DNA of 64,000 nt. Origin: the human T2T-CHM13v2.0 reference genome, Homo sapiens. Of this stretch, positions 14,776 to 28,595 are shown piece after piece. Each line of letters opens with the position of its first letter. Position 1 is the first letter of the stretch. Made by a program: the position numbers and the translations under genes. The notes under the pieces were generated by a model that was not told where the DNA came from, made no database searches, and saw nothing but the letters and a program-made list of their open reading frames with translations. Where the stretch lies: assembly GCF_009914755.1 (NCBI RefSeq), contig NC_060925.1; one strand, written 5' to 3'.

Positions 14776-16094
14776 AAAAAGGCCAGGGGTAGAAAGAGCT
14801 GACCCAGATGGCTTCTTCTATATTTAGGGCTTTGAATTGCCCTAAATCATGGAAAAACTGGAAATGATAGAACGGCATAGATTCTTATTTCCTGGAGCCT
14901 TTGAAAGTGTTCCGGTCCTGAGCCCTGACCTCGACATGACCAGAAATTGGTTATGGCAAGATGGCTGGGAGCAGGGGGCAGGTGCTGACAAAGAGTAAAT
15001 GAAGAAAATGAGGCTCAGGAGATAAATCAGAGTGGAAATGTCACAAGCTCTCCCTAATTTAGAATCATAACTGATGCTAGGAAAAGGACCTGAGAAAGAT
15101 TGCATAACCTTTTTGTAACTATCCTCTGCCTGTCCAAGCTGTGTATGAAATAATAGCTATGAAACACAATACAAGCTAAGGGGGCTTTGGTAGCACTCAA
15201 TAGCCCTGTTGAGATGTGGGTGGGTGTCTCAATAGTATTCCGAGTCACAAATGAACTTTCCTTGACATTTCATTTCCATACCTGAATTGTACATAATATT
15301 TTGGTTCACACCAACTCACTGAGGTAGGAAGACAAAATGCATGTCTATAGCATTAATCTTGGAAAAATGAATCATTCATTCATTCATGAGTCAACTAACG
15401 AAAGAAAGAGCAAGCGCCGAGTGGGAGAGTCTTGGCTGTGAGGGTAGTAAAGGCAATTCTGATTCAGGCACAACTCTTAGGAGTGGAAGTCTTTGGCCCC
15501 CGAGCAGAGAGAACTTGGTTGCAGGTCAGTGGGGTGTATTTCACTGTCCCAGATGGCACTTGTATGTAGGTTAAACTCAGAATCCAAAGTGTTGCTAAAG
15601 GACTGTATGGAGAATATGTGGGGAATGGGAGCAAACGGTAGTCTTATATGTTGTGAATGCCAGAGGATAGATAGAGACAGCAGGGGATGTTCTGAATGCT
15701 GAAAAAACCACGTTACCATTCAGTTGGGGGCGACATCAAAATTCTGCTCCTTGCCTTGTAGGGATGTCAGGTGGGATATGGGTCAGTAAAGCAAGATAGA
15801 AGTCTGGGGAGTAATAGTGCTTAGAGAGGCATCAAGGTAGTGGGATCCCTAAAAGGCTTTTTGAGAGGGAGTTGCCATTCCAAATTCAAGAACTTGACAC
15901 TTTCCCTAGGGAGCCATAAGGAAAGCAAAGTACCTTTTCTTTGATCTTGCTTTGTAGACATGTCTTCTTTCAGAAAGTCCCTCCTATCAAGGGAGCCACA
16001 GGTAGATAGGGGTACAGTGGAGAGGGTTATAAAAGTCAAGGACTAAAGAGAAGGAATACACAGAAGGCGTGGGGTGAGCATGGAGGGTGGCTTG

Positions 16095-16305
16095 CCTTCA
16101 GACCTGGCTCCAGTGCTTATACCTATGTGATCTCGGAAAAACCCTATAATCTTCCCCAGCCTCAGTTTCCTCTTCTGCACTATGGGAGCCATACTTGTAC
16201 CTCTCTCAGAAGGTTCTCATAAGGATTAGGTGAAATATAAACAAATATAAACAAAAGGCTTTTTAAAACTATACGGCATGGACTGAAAATAAACTATTAT
16301 TATTA
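16095..16305. mobile_element. MIR
   Basis: tgtgatctcggaaaa…agcctcagtttcctcttctgcac…aaggattaggtgaaat. Confidence 0.7.
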
Positions 16306-16974
16306 TGAAAGGCAGAGGCGGTAGGTGCATACCAGAATGCCAGGATTATTACTTTTCACACATGGTGGTGTTTTGGGGACCCCTGCAGCCTTGCTAAAAC
16401 TACTTCTACTGGGTGACTGCAGGTGTTAGCAAATTAAGTTTTTAAAAGGGCTCAAGAGCACCTGTGTGCGGGCTGAATCCTTGCATTATGACTTGGCAGC
16501 CTGGTAGGGCATGCTGGTCTCTGGAAATCACCTTTTGTAGTAGGCTGGGAGGGGACCTGGGGGTACCCACAAATTATCTGCTAGTTCTCCACTTTACGCA
16601 GGAGATCTACTTCTACCTCATCGTGGTAACCTACAACTTACATGACAGCTAGCCATGGTGACCAGAAACTTTATTGTTTTGTAACCCAGTAGGCCATGAA
16701 TGCCTCCCTGGTGTGCCAAGAAATTGCATATACCATAGTTGTAGAGCCAGGTAATACAGGCATGCATAGGTTTGGACACAGGGCCTAGGAGGAGAAATCC
16801 TGGGCACCAGCCAATGTAATGTATTCCCAAAACACATCTTTGAAAGGCTGGATGGACCTTCTTGTCTCAACGCACCACTAATGCCACCATGGCATGCATC
16901 TGATAATAACAGATATCAACTGAGAGCTTACAACATGCCAGAAACTGTGCTGTTTTACATGCATAATCTCATTG

Positions 16975-17455
16975 TTTTAAAACTTTTTTATTGTAAAATA
17001 TACATAACAAAATTTATCTTAACCATTTTTAAGTGTACAGTTTAATGGCATTGAGTACATTTGCAACGTTGCATGGCCGTTACCACTATTCATTTCCACA
17101 ACTTTTTCATCATCCCAAACAGAAACTCTGTACCTATTAAACTATAACTCCCCATTTCCCCTTCCTTCCAGGCCTTGGTGACCACTCTTCTACTTTCGGT
17201 CTCCATGAAATTGCCTATACTAAGTACATCACACAAGTAGAATCATACAGTATTTGTCATTTTGTGACTGGCTTATTTTATTTAGCATGTGTAATTCCTA
17301 AAGTTTCATCCACATTGTAGTATGTGTCAGAATTTCCTTCTTTGTTAAGGCTGAATAATATTTCATGATATGTAAATACATTTTGCTTATCCATTTATCA
17401 CTAATAAATATTTGAGTTGTTTCCACCTTTTGACTATTGTGAATAATGCTGCTTA
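16975..17455 (-). mobile_element. L1MB 3' end
   Basis: 'aaatatacataacaaaatttatcttaaccatttttaagtgtacagttt…aaggctgaataatattt'. Confidence 0.85.
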
Positions 17456-17745
17456 CAAGTTTTTAAGATGGAAAATTCTAAACATATACAAAAATAGAGC
17501 ACAAAATATGATAAAACCTCATGTACAATGATCAACTCATCAACAATAATCAACTGATGGCCAATTTTGCTTCATCTATATGCCCACCTACCTCCCCCCA
17601 TCCCATATTATTATGAGGCATCTCAAACATCATACAGTAATTGTTTCTAGTTTACAGAAGAGGAAGCTAAGGGACAGAGAGGTTTGAATTTGACCAAAAT
17701 TCAAACTCAGGCAGTGTGATGACTGGGCTCATACTTATAAGTCTT

Positions 17746-17784
17746 TGTGTGTGTGTGTGTGTGTGTGTGTGTATGAGTGTGTGT
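17746..17784. repeat. (TG)n microsatellite
   Basis: About 13 perfect TG units followed by a degenerate extension. Confidence 0.95.
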
Positions 17785-19609
17785 TCATACATATACACAC
17801 ATGCATGGGGTCAACCTTGGGCAAAATTGCATATTTGGAAAAGTTTGCCTCTGGTGCCTCTCCCTGCGTCTTTTCCCATACTTGGATGCCACGTGGACTT
17901 TAAACATATGAGCACAAGTTTGAAGTCTTAGTTCTTAGTTACAGGTAGAGTCAGTAATGCCTGGCCTCCAGAGTGGGTGTGAGGATTAAAGGAGATAAGA
18001 TCAGTAAAAGTGTTGGGCACCTTCAAGCATGTGGCAGATCAGTACACATGCTTTCCCCTCCCTTCCTTGGGGGGCCAGGCCCACCTTCCCTCCACAAAAG
18101 CAGACCTCAAGGAAACATGCACTATCAGAGCGCAACTCTCAGATGTCAAGGGGTAATCACTGCTGGGGGATTTGTGTTGTGAAATAAAGGATTTTTACCC
18201 TGCCAGTGAGTACACGACAGAGGTGGTGCAATTCCTTCTTGCCAATGAAATCATGTATGCGTGTGTGTGCAAGCATGTGCATCCACAAATGTGTAAAATA
18301 GGTTGGTGGACAAGTTCAGACTTCATTCTCTACCCAGACCATTACATTTTCTTTTCTCTGAGGAATTGTGACCCTGAAACAAATAACCACTTTTTCTCTC
18401 TTTGTCCTCTATTGGCTAAAATAGGAGGACATGTCCTTTGTTGGGACCCTCATCATTTTCTGGCCCAAGGATACGAAACCACGGGACAGAGGTCTGAGCT
18501 CAGACAGGTCTTGGCAAGCCTGGCTCATTTCACTTCTAATCCTCTGTGGCCAGGCCCCTGGAGGTAACTCGGGAAGGACTGCAGAGCTCAGTGGACAACG
18601 GAGCAGGACTCATTGGTTGACCACAAAGTCTCAGGTAACCTCAAAATGTATCTGCAGAGGGGACAGGAGGGCACTGTGGCCTCAAGTATATTGAGTGATG
18701 GTCAGCAATAGTCTGGTTGGCCACTTCCTCTACCTGGAATGGGCTTTTCTGATCTTGCCCATGGAAGTAATAGAATCCTTTAATGCCAAGCTCAAGTACT
18801 GCCTCCCCTGTGACATTTTCTGTGTCTCCTCCCACTCTCCACCTCCACCCACCCCTGGTTGCCATACAAAGTGATCTCTCCTGCTCTGAACTCCATGGTA
18901 TCACTTTTGTGCCCTCTGAAGCACTTTTAGTGCTTTATTTTTATACCATCGGAATATCAGTCTTAACTCCTTGATAGATCAAAGTGAGTTCCTCCAGAAC
19001 AAGAACTGTTTCATCTATTTCTTTCCACTGTGAAGAGCCATTCAGTCATGCAACTAATGAGCATGCAGACTAATGAGCTGACAGAGCATGCAGTCAGCAA
19101 CTAATAAATATCTGTTGGCTAAATGATCAGATGTCTCACACAACCATGGCACATAGCAGGCACTCACTAAATGCACACCGAACGAAGTAACATCCATCTC
19201 CAACATAAGAGACAGTTTACCCTGCCACGGATGTTCAGATGGAAACCAGTTTCATATAGCCCTTCAGGCAATAAAATATTTCAAAACCTCCATGGAAATA
19301 ACCATACAAACTGCCTTGGGTAGCACCTGAGATGGTCTCAAATGGGGTTTCGAGTATTCTAATATCCCAAAGTGTGGCATTTTTATTAGTCTGTTTATTA
19401 TTCTAACTGGCATTCTGAAGAATTTGAATGTCACAAAGTAGTACATACTTGTTGATTTAAGATAGTCTTGATGAGAATATCTGACCAGAATATCTGCTCA
19501 TCAGCAGAATAATGGTTGACATTTGTAACAGTGACCCTGTAGTTACACAAGAAACCCAAACACCTTATTTAAGGAAGTGTTATAATATCTTTGGAAACTT
19601 GCTTTTTAA

Positions 19610-19928
<319 letters not shown>

Positions 19929-19934
19929 CTTAAT

Positions 19935-20235
19935 CTTTTTTTTTTAAGACAAGATTTCACTCTGTCACCCAGGGTAGAATGCAGTAGGCGATCGATCTTG
20001 GCTCACTGCAACCACCTCCTGGCCTCAAGCAATCCTCCCACCTCAGCCTCCCAAGTAGCTGGGACTATAGGTGTATGTTGCCACACCTGGCTAATTTTTG
20101 AATTTTTTGTAGAGATGGGGTTTTGCCATGTTGCCTAGAACTCCATGTTGGTCTTGAACTCCTGAGCTCAAGTGATCCACCCACCTTGGCCTCCTAAAGT
20201 GCTGGGATTACAGGCATGAGCCACCTCGCCTGGCC
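19935..20235 (-). mobile_element. AluJ-like, tandem with the preceding Alu
   Basis: Reverse Alu dimer. Confidence 0.9.
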
Positions 20236-20680
20236 TATTTTAACCATTTTTAAGTTAATAACTCAGTGACATTAAGTGAATTCACCACTATCTCCATAAC
20301 GTTTATCATCCCAAACAGAAAGTCTATACCCATTAAACAATAACTGTACATTATCCCCTCTTCCTGGCTTCTGATAACCTGTATCCTATTTTCTGTTTCT
20401 ATGAATTCACTTGTTATAGGTACTCCATGTAAGTGAAATCATAGTATTCATCCTTTTGTGACTGGCTAATTTAACTTAGCCTAATGTCCTCAAGTTTCTT
20501 CCATGTCGTAGTATATGTCAAAATTTCCTTTCTTTTTAAGGCTGAATAATATTCCATTGCATATATACACTACATTTTGTTTAATCCATTCATCTATTGA
20601 TGAACATTTGAATTGTTTCTTCTTTTGGGAAAATTACTGTGAATAATGCTGCTATGAACATGGGTATACACATGTCTGCT
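20236..20680 (-). mobile_element. L1MB 3' end
   Basis: Same family motifs as 16975-17455. Confidence 0.8.
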
Positions 20681-22633
20681 CAGAAACGAGCTTTTTATGA
20701 TCGCCTTCTCATCAGTAAATTTTATATCCATGGTAACTTCCCACTAACCAGAATATTTGACTAACTAGAATACTCCATTTTACCATCAGGCTTGGTAAGA
20801 ACATTTCCTGGAATATATGGTAGACGTACAATACACAGTGATGGAGAATTATGCCTCCGTCTCACACATGGACACAGGGCCACAGGCAGGCAGATGACTG
20901 GACTACAGCAGCCCAGCATATTAGTATGGGCAGTCAGATTTGCACTTAGAGATCCCACCCCACCCCCACTCTGGCTCTGAACCCCATCACTGTTCTAGCT
21001 GTTAGACTGGGCTGCTTTTCCAAAAAGGTATGAGCATGGGGAACATTTGTTCTGAATTAAACTTGGCTGCAGTTAAAGTGTTATCATTTATGTGAAGCTC
21101 AGATTACAGAGGCTGCCTTCGGCCAGTGAATGGCACAGCACGGCTGCTCAGAGAGGTGGAAAATCCTGAGGCCCCTCCAGCACTGTTTCAAGAAAAACGC
21201 TCTGAGTGGTGTGGAGAGGGGCCAGCTGGTGATGTCAAGAGATTTATAAAAGAGATTACAGGACCTTTTAAGGGAGTGAGGCAGTTGTTAATGATGGAAA
21301 ACTGCTAAAGCTGGATCTGGATGAGACCTGAACACTTAATTTGCTAGTTGTCCTGAAATGCCTGTAATTTTTAGAAAACATATTGTGCCTCTCCCTTTGT
21401 GTGGAGTTCAAAAGACAATATTAGAGCATGGTGAGAACCTGTTATGCTAATCAAAGTCTGGGGTAACTGAAATTGAGCTCTCAGGACACATAAAACTCAA
21501 AGTGGGAGATCTTGAACCTGGGAGGGAAAATTAAGGTCCAAACACACCTGGTTGCACTGTGCATCTGTACTTTTCTTTTCTTCTCTCCTTTCCTCTCCTC
21601 TTCTTGCTTGCTTTTTAAAAGCACACTAGTGGAGGGTCCAGAGCAAGCTTTATGTTTTTAAGCAACTACAAAACTACCTAAAAGTTTTTCACCAACAAAG
21701 AGAGATCTGAAAATAACATTAATTTATATTGCATTTATAAGGTTTTCCGTAGTCTTTTTACAGCCCTCGTGTCATCTTAAGAATGTAGGATTTATAAAGA
21801 GGAAGCAAGATCAGTTACAATGACACAGGATAGATTTAGTTGAGCACACAAGCCCCAGCTTTCTAAATGTAACAGCTGGGCTTACTCTGTGTTTTAAATA
21901 GATAATTAATGTAAATAGTCCCAGATTTAGGAATAGATATAACTTTGGAGAGGTAAAAGTGAGGGCCTTAAAATCAATTTTTAGTAGCGGAGCTAAATGA
22001 AAGAAAATTCTCCATCAAGATCTCTTTGCCATTATGAAGCACTAAAACCAATGAACAAACAAACAAAAACAAACGGACAATATATAAATAATACTAATAT
22101 TGTCACTCAATGGGGAATGGAAGCAAGAATTAAAAAGTATCTGGAAGTGAGCAATGTGGAGGTACTTTGGGACCCATGATACAGAGGTATAATTGGTTGC
22201 AGCTTTGTTTTCAGTATCCTTCATTTGTGGGTACAGGAGACAACACGAGGACGATCTGGTCAACTCTCTATATAATCTTATAATATGGAAAAGCCAATCA
22301 TTCCCTTTAATGCCAGACATTTCTCAATTGTAGCTTAAATAAAAAAGTATTCATTTTTTGGTGGTAATGGGGAGGTAATCTTTCTGAATTAGCACCCAGG
22401 GTCACATCCCAGTTCAAAAATATCCCATGGAGTGCAGTCATCTCAGCCAGCTGTTGAAGGCCTCTCTAGCTGTCTCCTGACTCTGTTCCCAGCCTTATCA
22501 CTAATGGCTCTCCAATTGGAACTCTCCACCCTGTAAGCTTGTCCCCTGAGGACATTTTGCAGATTAATGTCTCTGTAGACCCTGACTCCATGTCTGCCCT
22601 CCTCCTGTGTTTTTAAAATCAAAATCCTTTCCC

Positions 22634-22937
22634 TTTTTTTTTTTTTTTTTTTTGAGACAGAGTCTTTCTCTGTTGCCCAGGCTGGAGTGCAGTGGCGCGA
22701 TCTTGGCTCACTGCAACCTCTGCCTCCTGGGTTCAAGCTATTCTCTTGCCTCAGCGTCCTGAGTAGCTAGGATTACAGGCGCCCACCACCATGCCCAGCT
22801 AATTTTTTTTGTATTTTTAGTAGAGACGGGGTTTCACCATGTTGGTCAGGCTGGTCTCGAACCCCTGACCTTGTGATCCACCTGCCTCGGCCTCCCAAAG
22901 TGCTGGGATTATAGGCATGAGCCACAGCGCCCAGCCA
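22634..22937 (-). mobile_element. AluS
   Basis: Reverse Alu; TSD aatcctttccctt at 22623 and 22938. Confidence 0.95.
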
Positions 22938-23991
22938 ATCCTTTCCCTTTTTAAAGCCCAATGCAAGCCTGACCTTCTTCCTTGAGGCCTTTCCTGACCA
23001 CGCCAGCCCCAGTGATTTTTGTCCATCCTTTCCCTTCATGCCACTTAGAGATGGGCGCCTCATTTTTATGTGTAGATCATACATTACCTTCTGCACTTAA
23101 AAGTGTCTGTCTCATGAAGGGTGTATACCTCTCTTATGTTCCTCGCTGTGCCTGGGAAACTTTTACAGCAGGAATACCTGTTAAATATGATTTTATTGCC
23201 TTTGACCAAAAGGCTTTTTGACCCAGAGCCATCAAATTAATAAGTACTTTTTACTTGAAATACTAAGTGGCACTAAGAAATCCAGCTATTACCTTTAACT
23301 TGAAAAAGAATATTCTGAATTAGAAAAGCAGGAAAGATTATACTATCCAGTAGAGATTATTCAACAAATCTACCTGAGAAGGGGAACTTAAACCGTGCCA
23401 AGAACCTAAACTTCTTTCTTCAACTCAAAATTCTTCAGACCTTCCTCTCTTCCTTAGATCTCCTAATTCCCCACAAGTGTTTCAAGAGAACCTTTGATAC
23501 TGCCTGTTTCCTGCTGTTCTGCTCCAGGGATGTGTGAGAAAGTGCTATAGGAGGAAGTAGCTCTGGCCACTGCTTCCCACTCACCGTGCTGTCTCTCCTT
23601 CTGCATCAGCTAGCTGTTGTGGAAAGCTTGGATCCCAACAGGCATTCCCATTTGGAAGTTGATTTGAAAGAGTATTGAATTTATAAGAACATGATATGCA
23701 TTCTTTTGTAGAGAGATTTACCTTTGAAACAGAAATAAATGACTCAATATGGCTTAGTTCTTGGTATGGGGGTGGTAGTGGATGGAGTCTGCTTCCATGA
23801 AGAGGAAAAATATGTGGACCAGCATCACAGTATGTAATACGTTTTTGAATAATCTTTCTGATGGGGCAAATATCCCAAATTATTACTTTGTTGCTCACGT
23901 AGTAAAAGATCATGCTAAACCAAACTTGCATTAGAGACCATTGGTGATAGAGGGCGCTATTTTTTCCCAAAGAGAAATTACTTAATGTCTA

Positions 23992-24148
<157 letters not shown>

Positions 24149-24521
24149 TGGGCTAATGATTTCTAACTCTATATGTCGCAGAGAAACACTGTCAGGTAAA
24201 AACAGTAAAACATGAAAAAATAATTTGAAATCATTATGTATTTTTAATGTTTAGTATTATTTATACAAAGATTTTGTGAGTTCTATCCATCTGCATATCT
24301 GAGCAGTATTGAGCAAGCTGACATACTCTTCATTCTTTGTTGGCTCTACTCATGCCAGGATTCCTACTTATGTTTTATGACCTATACAAATTACTTCCCT
24401 CTCTCAGCCTCAGATTCCTCACCTGTTTAATGTGGATAACCTGTCTTATACGGTGAAGCAAGGCAATGCACCTGCCATGCTTAGCATGTGGAAGCCAGTG
24501 TTTATGATCAAAAGCAAATTA

Positions 24522-24820
<299 letters not shown>

Positions 24821-25170
24821 GCAAATTAATTTTCTCAATTCCAAATATGTGCTAAAAGTAAAGTTTGCTGTCAATTCATTTATAACCCATTACTGTGTGA
24901 TAGAAAGATTACTGAGTTAGCTCTAGTTCATAGTAATTTGATAGGCAAATTACTTAATCTCTCTGGGCTTCAGATAGTTCTTTGTCTCATTTAAAATGAA
25001 GGAGCTGGATTAAATGATCTCTGAAGTAACTTCCAGTTCTAAGATGCCATGATGCAGGATTTTTTTTACAATTAATTTTCAAACAAAGTTAAAATAAGAA
25101 GTATTATATGATTGACAATTTATATTTAATTAAATATACTTCAGATTAAAATTTTATCAAGCAATGTTTA

Positions 25171-25589
<419 letters not shown>

Positions 25590-25949
25590 TTAAAATGGGT
25601 TTGGAAATGCTGTGGGTGAGATTTAGTTACATTTAAAGGTGTAAAAACAAGATTGAAATCACTGCCTAAAAAAAGGAAATTACTTTGGATGCCCATTGTT
25701 TCTGGAAGAAGGGTGTTTTCATGCCTATGTGGCACTGACGTTATATTAGGTGGAGGCCAAAGTAGAGAATGAGACTCTCCTTTTTGGAACACTTCATATA
25801 ACTGAAATGGAATGAATATTACCTTAGCAATACTATGTGCCTAAATAAAACATGGGTTCTGAATTTGACTTGCATCTCATTTGTAATATGAAGCTTTTCT
25901 TATCAATCCAGGCATGCCAGAACCACCTCTTGACACAGAATTGACCTGC

Positions 25950-26140
25950 ATTCAAATTCCAGTTCCTTTCCTTTCTACATGTGTGACCTTGGGCAAGTTA
26001 TTTAAACCCCCCTGTGCCTCGGTTTCTGTGTAAAACAGGGCTAACCTTAGAGTTGTGTGCATATTAAATAACACCTGTAAGACTCTAAGAACAATGCCTG
26101 ACACATAGTGAAAGGGAATGATCATTATCTATTATTATTC
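25950..26140. mobile_element. MIR
   Basis: ttcaaattccagttcc…tgtgtgaccttgggcaagttatttaa…ctgtgcctcggtttc. Confidence 0.8.
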
Positions 26141-28060
26141 AGTTCCATAAATAATTATTGGCTGTCTACTCTGTAGTAGTCTCTGTACTAGACCCTGAAA
26201 TACCTTTGGGATTTCAGCCTTTTTGTTTGTGTTTTGTCTACAAACAATGTGTTATAGACTTAGATATGAAATTCTGATAAATTCAGCAGTCCAGTTAGAC
26301 TCAAACTAATCTAGAAAAAAGGCCGTTTGGAGTCAGAGGACATTTTAAATTCGGGAGAGAATATGAGATGTAAATGAAATAGTTACTTAAGGTCTTGCCT
26401 TTAAGTTATTGAGTTACTGTGCCAGGTTTTAGAGAGTACATTTACGATGCATATTAAAACCACTTTGACATTCAAAGAGTCAAACATGCCTGATTAGACT
26501 TTCATGTCCTGTATTTATAAAAAGGTTAGTGGTGCATTTCTTCAGTGCAAATTATTTTTGGTTCTTACTAATATTTATGAATATAATAAAATCTGTACAG
26601 CATAATGTATGTGATTAATTTGTCCATATCATCAGTTTGCTTTTATTTAAGGAGATATCCCAGAAGTTGCTACATCTTGACCAGTAATTTCAGCAGTTAG
26701 AGAATAGGCAATATCTAGTTAAGGGCAATTGTACTTTAGCACTATGGGACAAAATGAGAAATGCAATCACGGCAATAATGTATTCTCTTGTAGAAATCTG
26801 TCATGGAAATGGTATAAGAAGACATGCCTTTTACAAGCAGTTTCGTTGTTACGCTTTATGGTAATTCCAAGCCTGGCCTATACAACAAACAATCAATAAT
26901 GTTTGGTCTGCAAGTCGCCTTGGGTAGATATGTCCACAGGGCACTAAAAGTAGGTTTAAGGTGATGAATTCAACAGAGAATCTGACCCTTTGGTCTAAGG
27001 AATCTCAGATTTGACTGGCTTTGACACTGGCTTGACTGGTTACTTTCCGAGATTTTGGAGTTAGCCATGTATATAACAGCTGTCCTGCAGCTCTACCTAT
27101 GGTGTTTTCACAGATACTGAATACTTGGTCACGAACTCCTCCTATAGCTCCTTTATTTGCATATCTTGCACCGTTCAGAAACTGAACACATAGGACACAA
27201 CCCTTCCATTACCCGATATCTGCCAAGATGGAGATAATTAGGCAACTTTTCTCCAAAACTGTTGATGTAAAGGAGAAAAGTGACTAGGCCCCTTCTTAGC
27301 AATAGGCAAATTGAGCTCCAGCATTTACTAAGATGGGAACCATAATACGCTGGCCGGAAATAACTCGGAAGCTCATTTTGTCCATACCCAGTTGTAGACA
27401 GTCAAGAATATAAAAATGTTCTGGATTCTCTTGTCCTTAGTACTCCTTTCTGCCTTCCCCATTTCTACAAGGCTGATGGCTTTTAAATGTTAAAACCCTC
27501 CCTAAAGGCACCCCATAAGCCCTATTACACAAGTCACATACGAACAAAAAGCGCCTAAGATAGTCCTCCATTTGGGCGCAGTCTTGCCTTCTGAGAAAGG
27601 GGACTCTGAGAATTAATGAGGGCCCAGATCTGGGATATCTGGGACAAGACTTGGGCCTTCCTGGTAAAACACGAAAACAAAACAATAAACACGGCCCCTC
27701 CCCCCTCTCCAAAAACAAAAACAAAAACTTCAAGGCCATGCCGCCGCGGCCATCAGTAGCTCCGGCTCAGAATTTGACCGTTAAAAAAAGGAAACTAGGC
27801 TGAGCTAGGGCACCTCAGATCCCGGCAGTCTGGGGCCGGGGCGAAGTTGCCGGCGTCGCGCGGCCGGGGGCGCGGGCAGGGCCGGGCGCGACTCTCCCGG
27901 GGACTTTCACCTGCTCGGCTGGCAGCGCGGGCAGCGCGGGGGCGGACCCGGCGGCGGGCGGGGCCTCTGAGCCCGGCGGGAGGAGCCGGCCTGGGCCCGC
28001 CCCACAGGAGGAGCCGCTCGCTGGCGGCTGATCCAGCGTCTCCGTGACAGGCACCCTGCT

Positions 28061-28090
28061 CCGCCGCCACCGCCACCGCCACCGCCACCG
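28061..28090. repeat. (CCGCCA)n hexamer repeat
   Basis: ccgccgccaccgccaccgccaccgccaccg. Confidence 0.9.
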
Positions 28091-28490
28091 TCGCCTTTTC
28101 TTCTTCGTCCCGGGCGGTGCGTTCCACTGCTCTGGGGCCGGCGCCGCGCCCAGTCCCGCTTCGGGCCGCAAGCCCCACCGCTCCCCTCCCCGGGCAGGGG
28201 CGCCGCGCAGCCCGCTCCCGCCGCCACCTCCTCCCCTGCCGCCCTCCTAGCCGGCAGGAATTGCGCGACCACAGCGCCGCTCGCGTCGCCCGCATCAGCT
28301 CAGCCCGCTGCCGCTCGGCCCTCGGCACCGCTCCGGGTCCGGCCGCCGCGCGGCCAGGGCTCCCCCTGCCCAGCGCTCCCAGGCCCCGCCACGCGTCGCC
28401 GCGCCCAGCTCCAGTCTCCCCTCCCCGGGGTCTCGCCAGCCCCTTCCTGCAGCCGCCGCCTCCGAAGGAGCGGGTCCGCCGCGGGTAACC

Positions 28491-28595
28491 ATGCCTAGCA
28501 AAACCAAGTACAACCTTGTGGACGATGGGCACGACCTGCGGATCCCCTTGCACAACGAGGACGCCTTCCAGCACGGCATCTGCTTTGAGGCCAAG
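28491..28595 (+). CDS. NOS1AP: Nitric oxide synthase 1 adaptor protein (CAPON), coding exon 1 (35 codons, start of PTB domain)
   Basis: gtaaccATG with A at -3; translates [35 protein letters not shown], recognised as the NOS1AP N-terminus. Phase-0 donor AAG|gtgagg at 28596. Confidence 0.97.

Noticed and set aside
27155-27162. Octamer ATTTGCAT upstream of the promoter
   Set aside because: The same 8-mer recurs several times in the window, including inside repeats; no supporting context.
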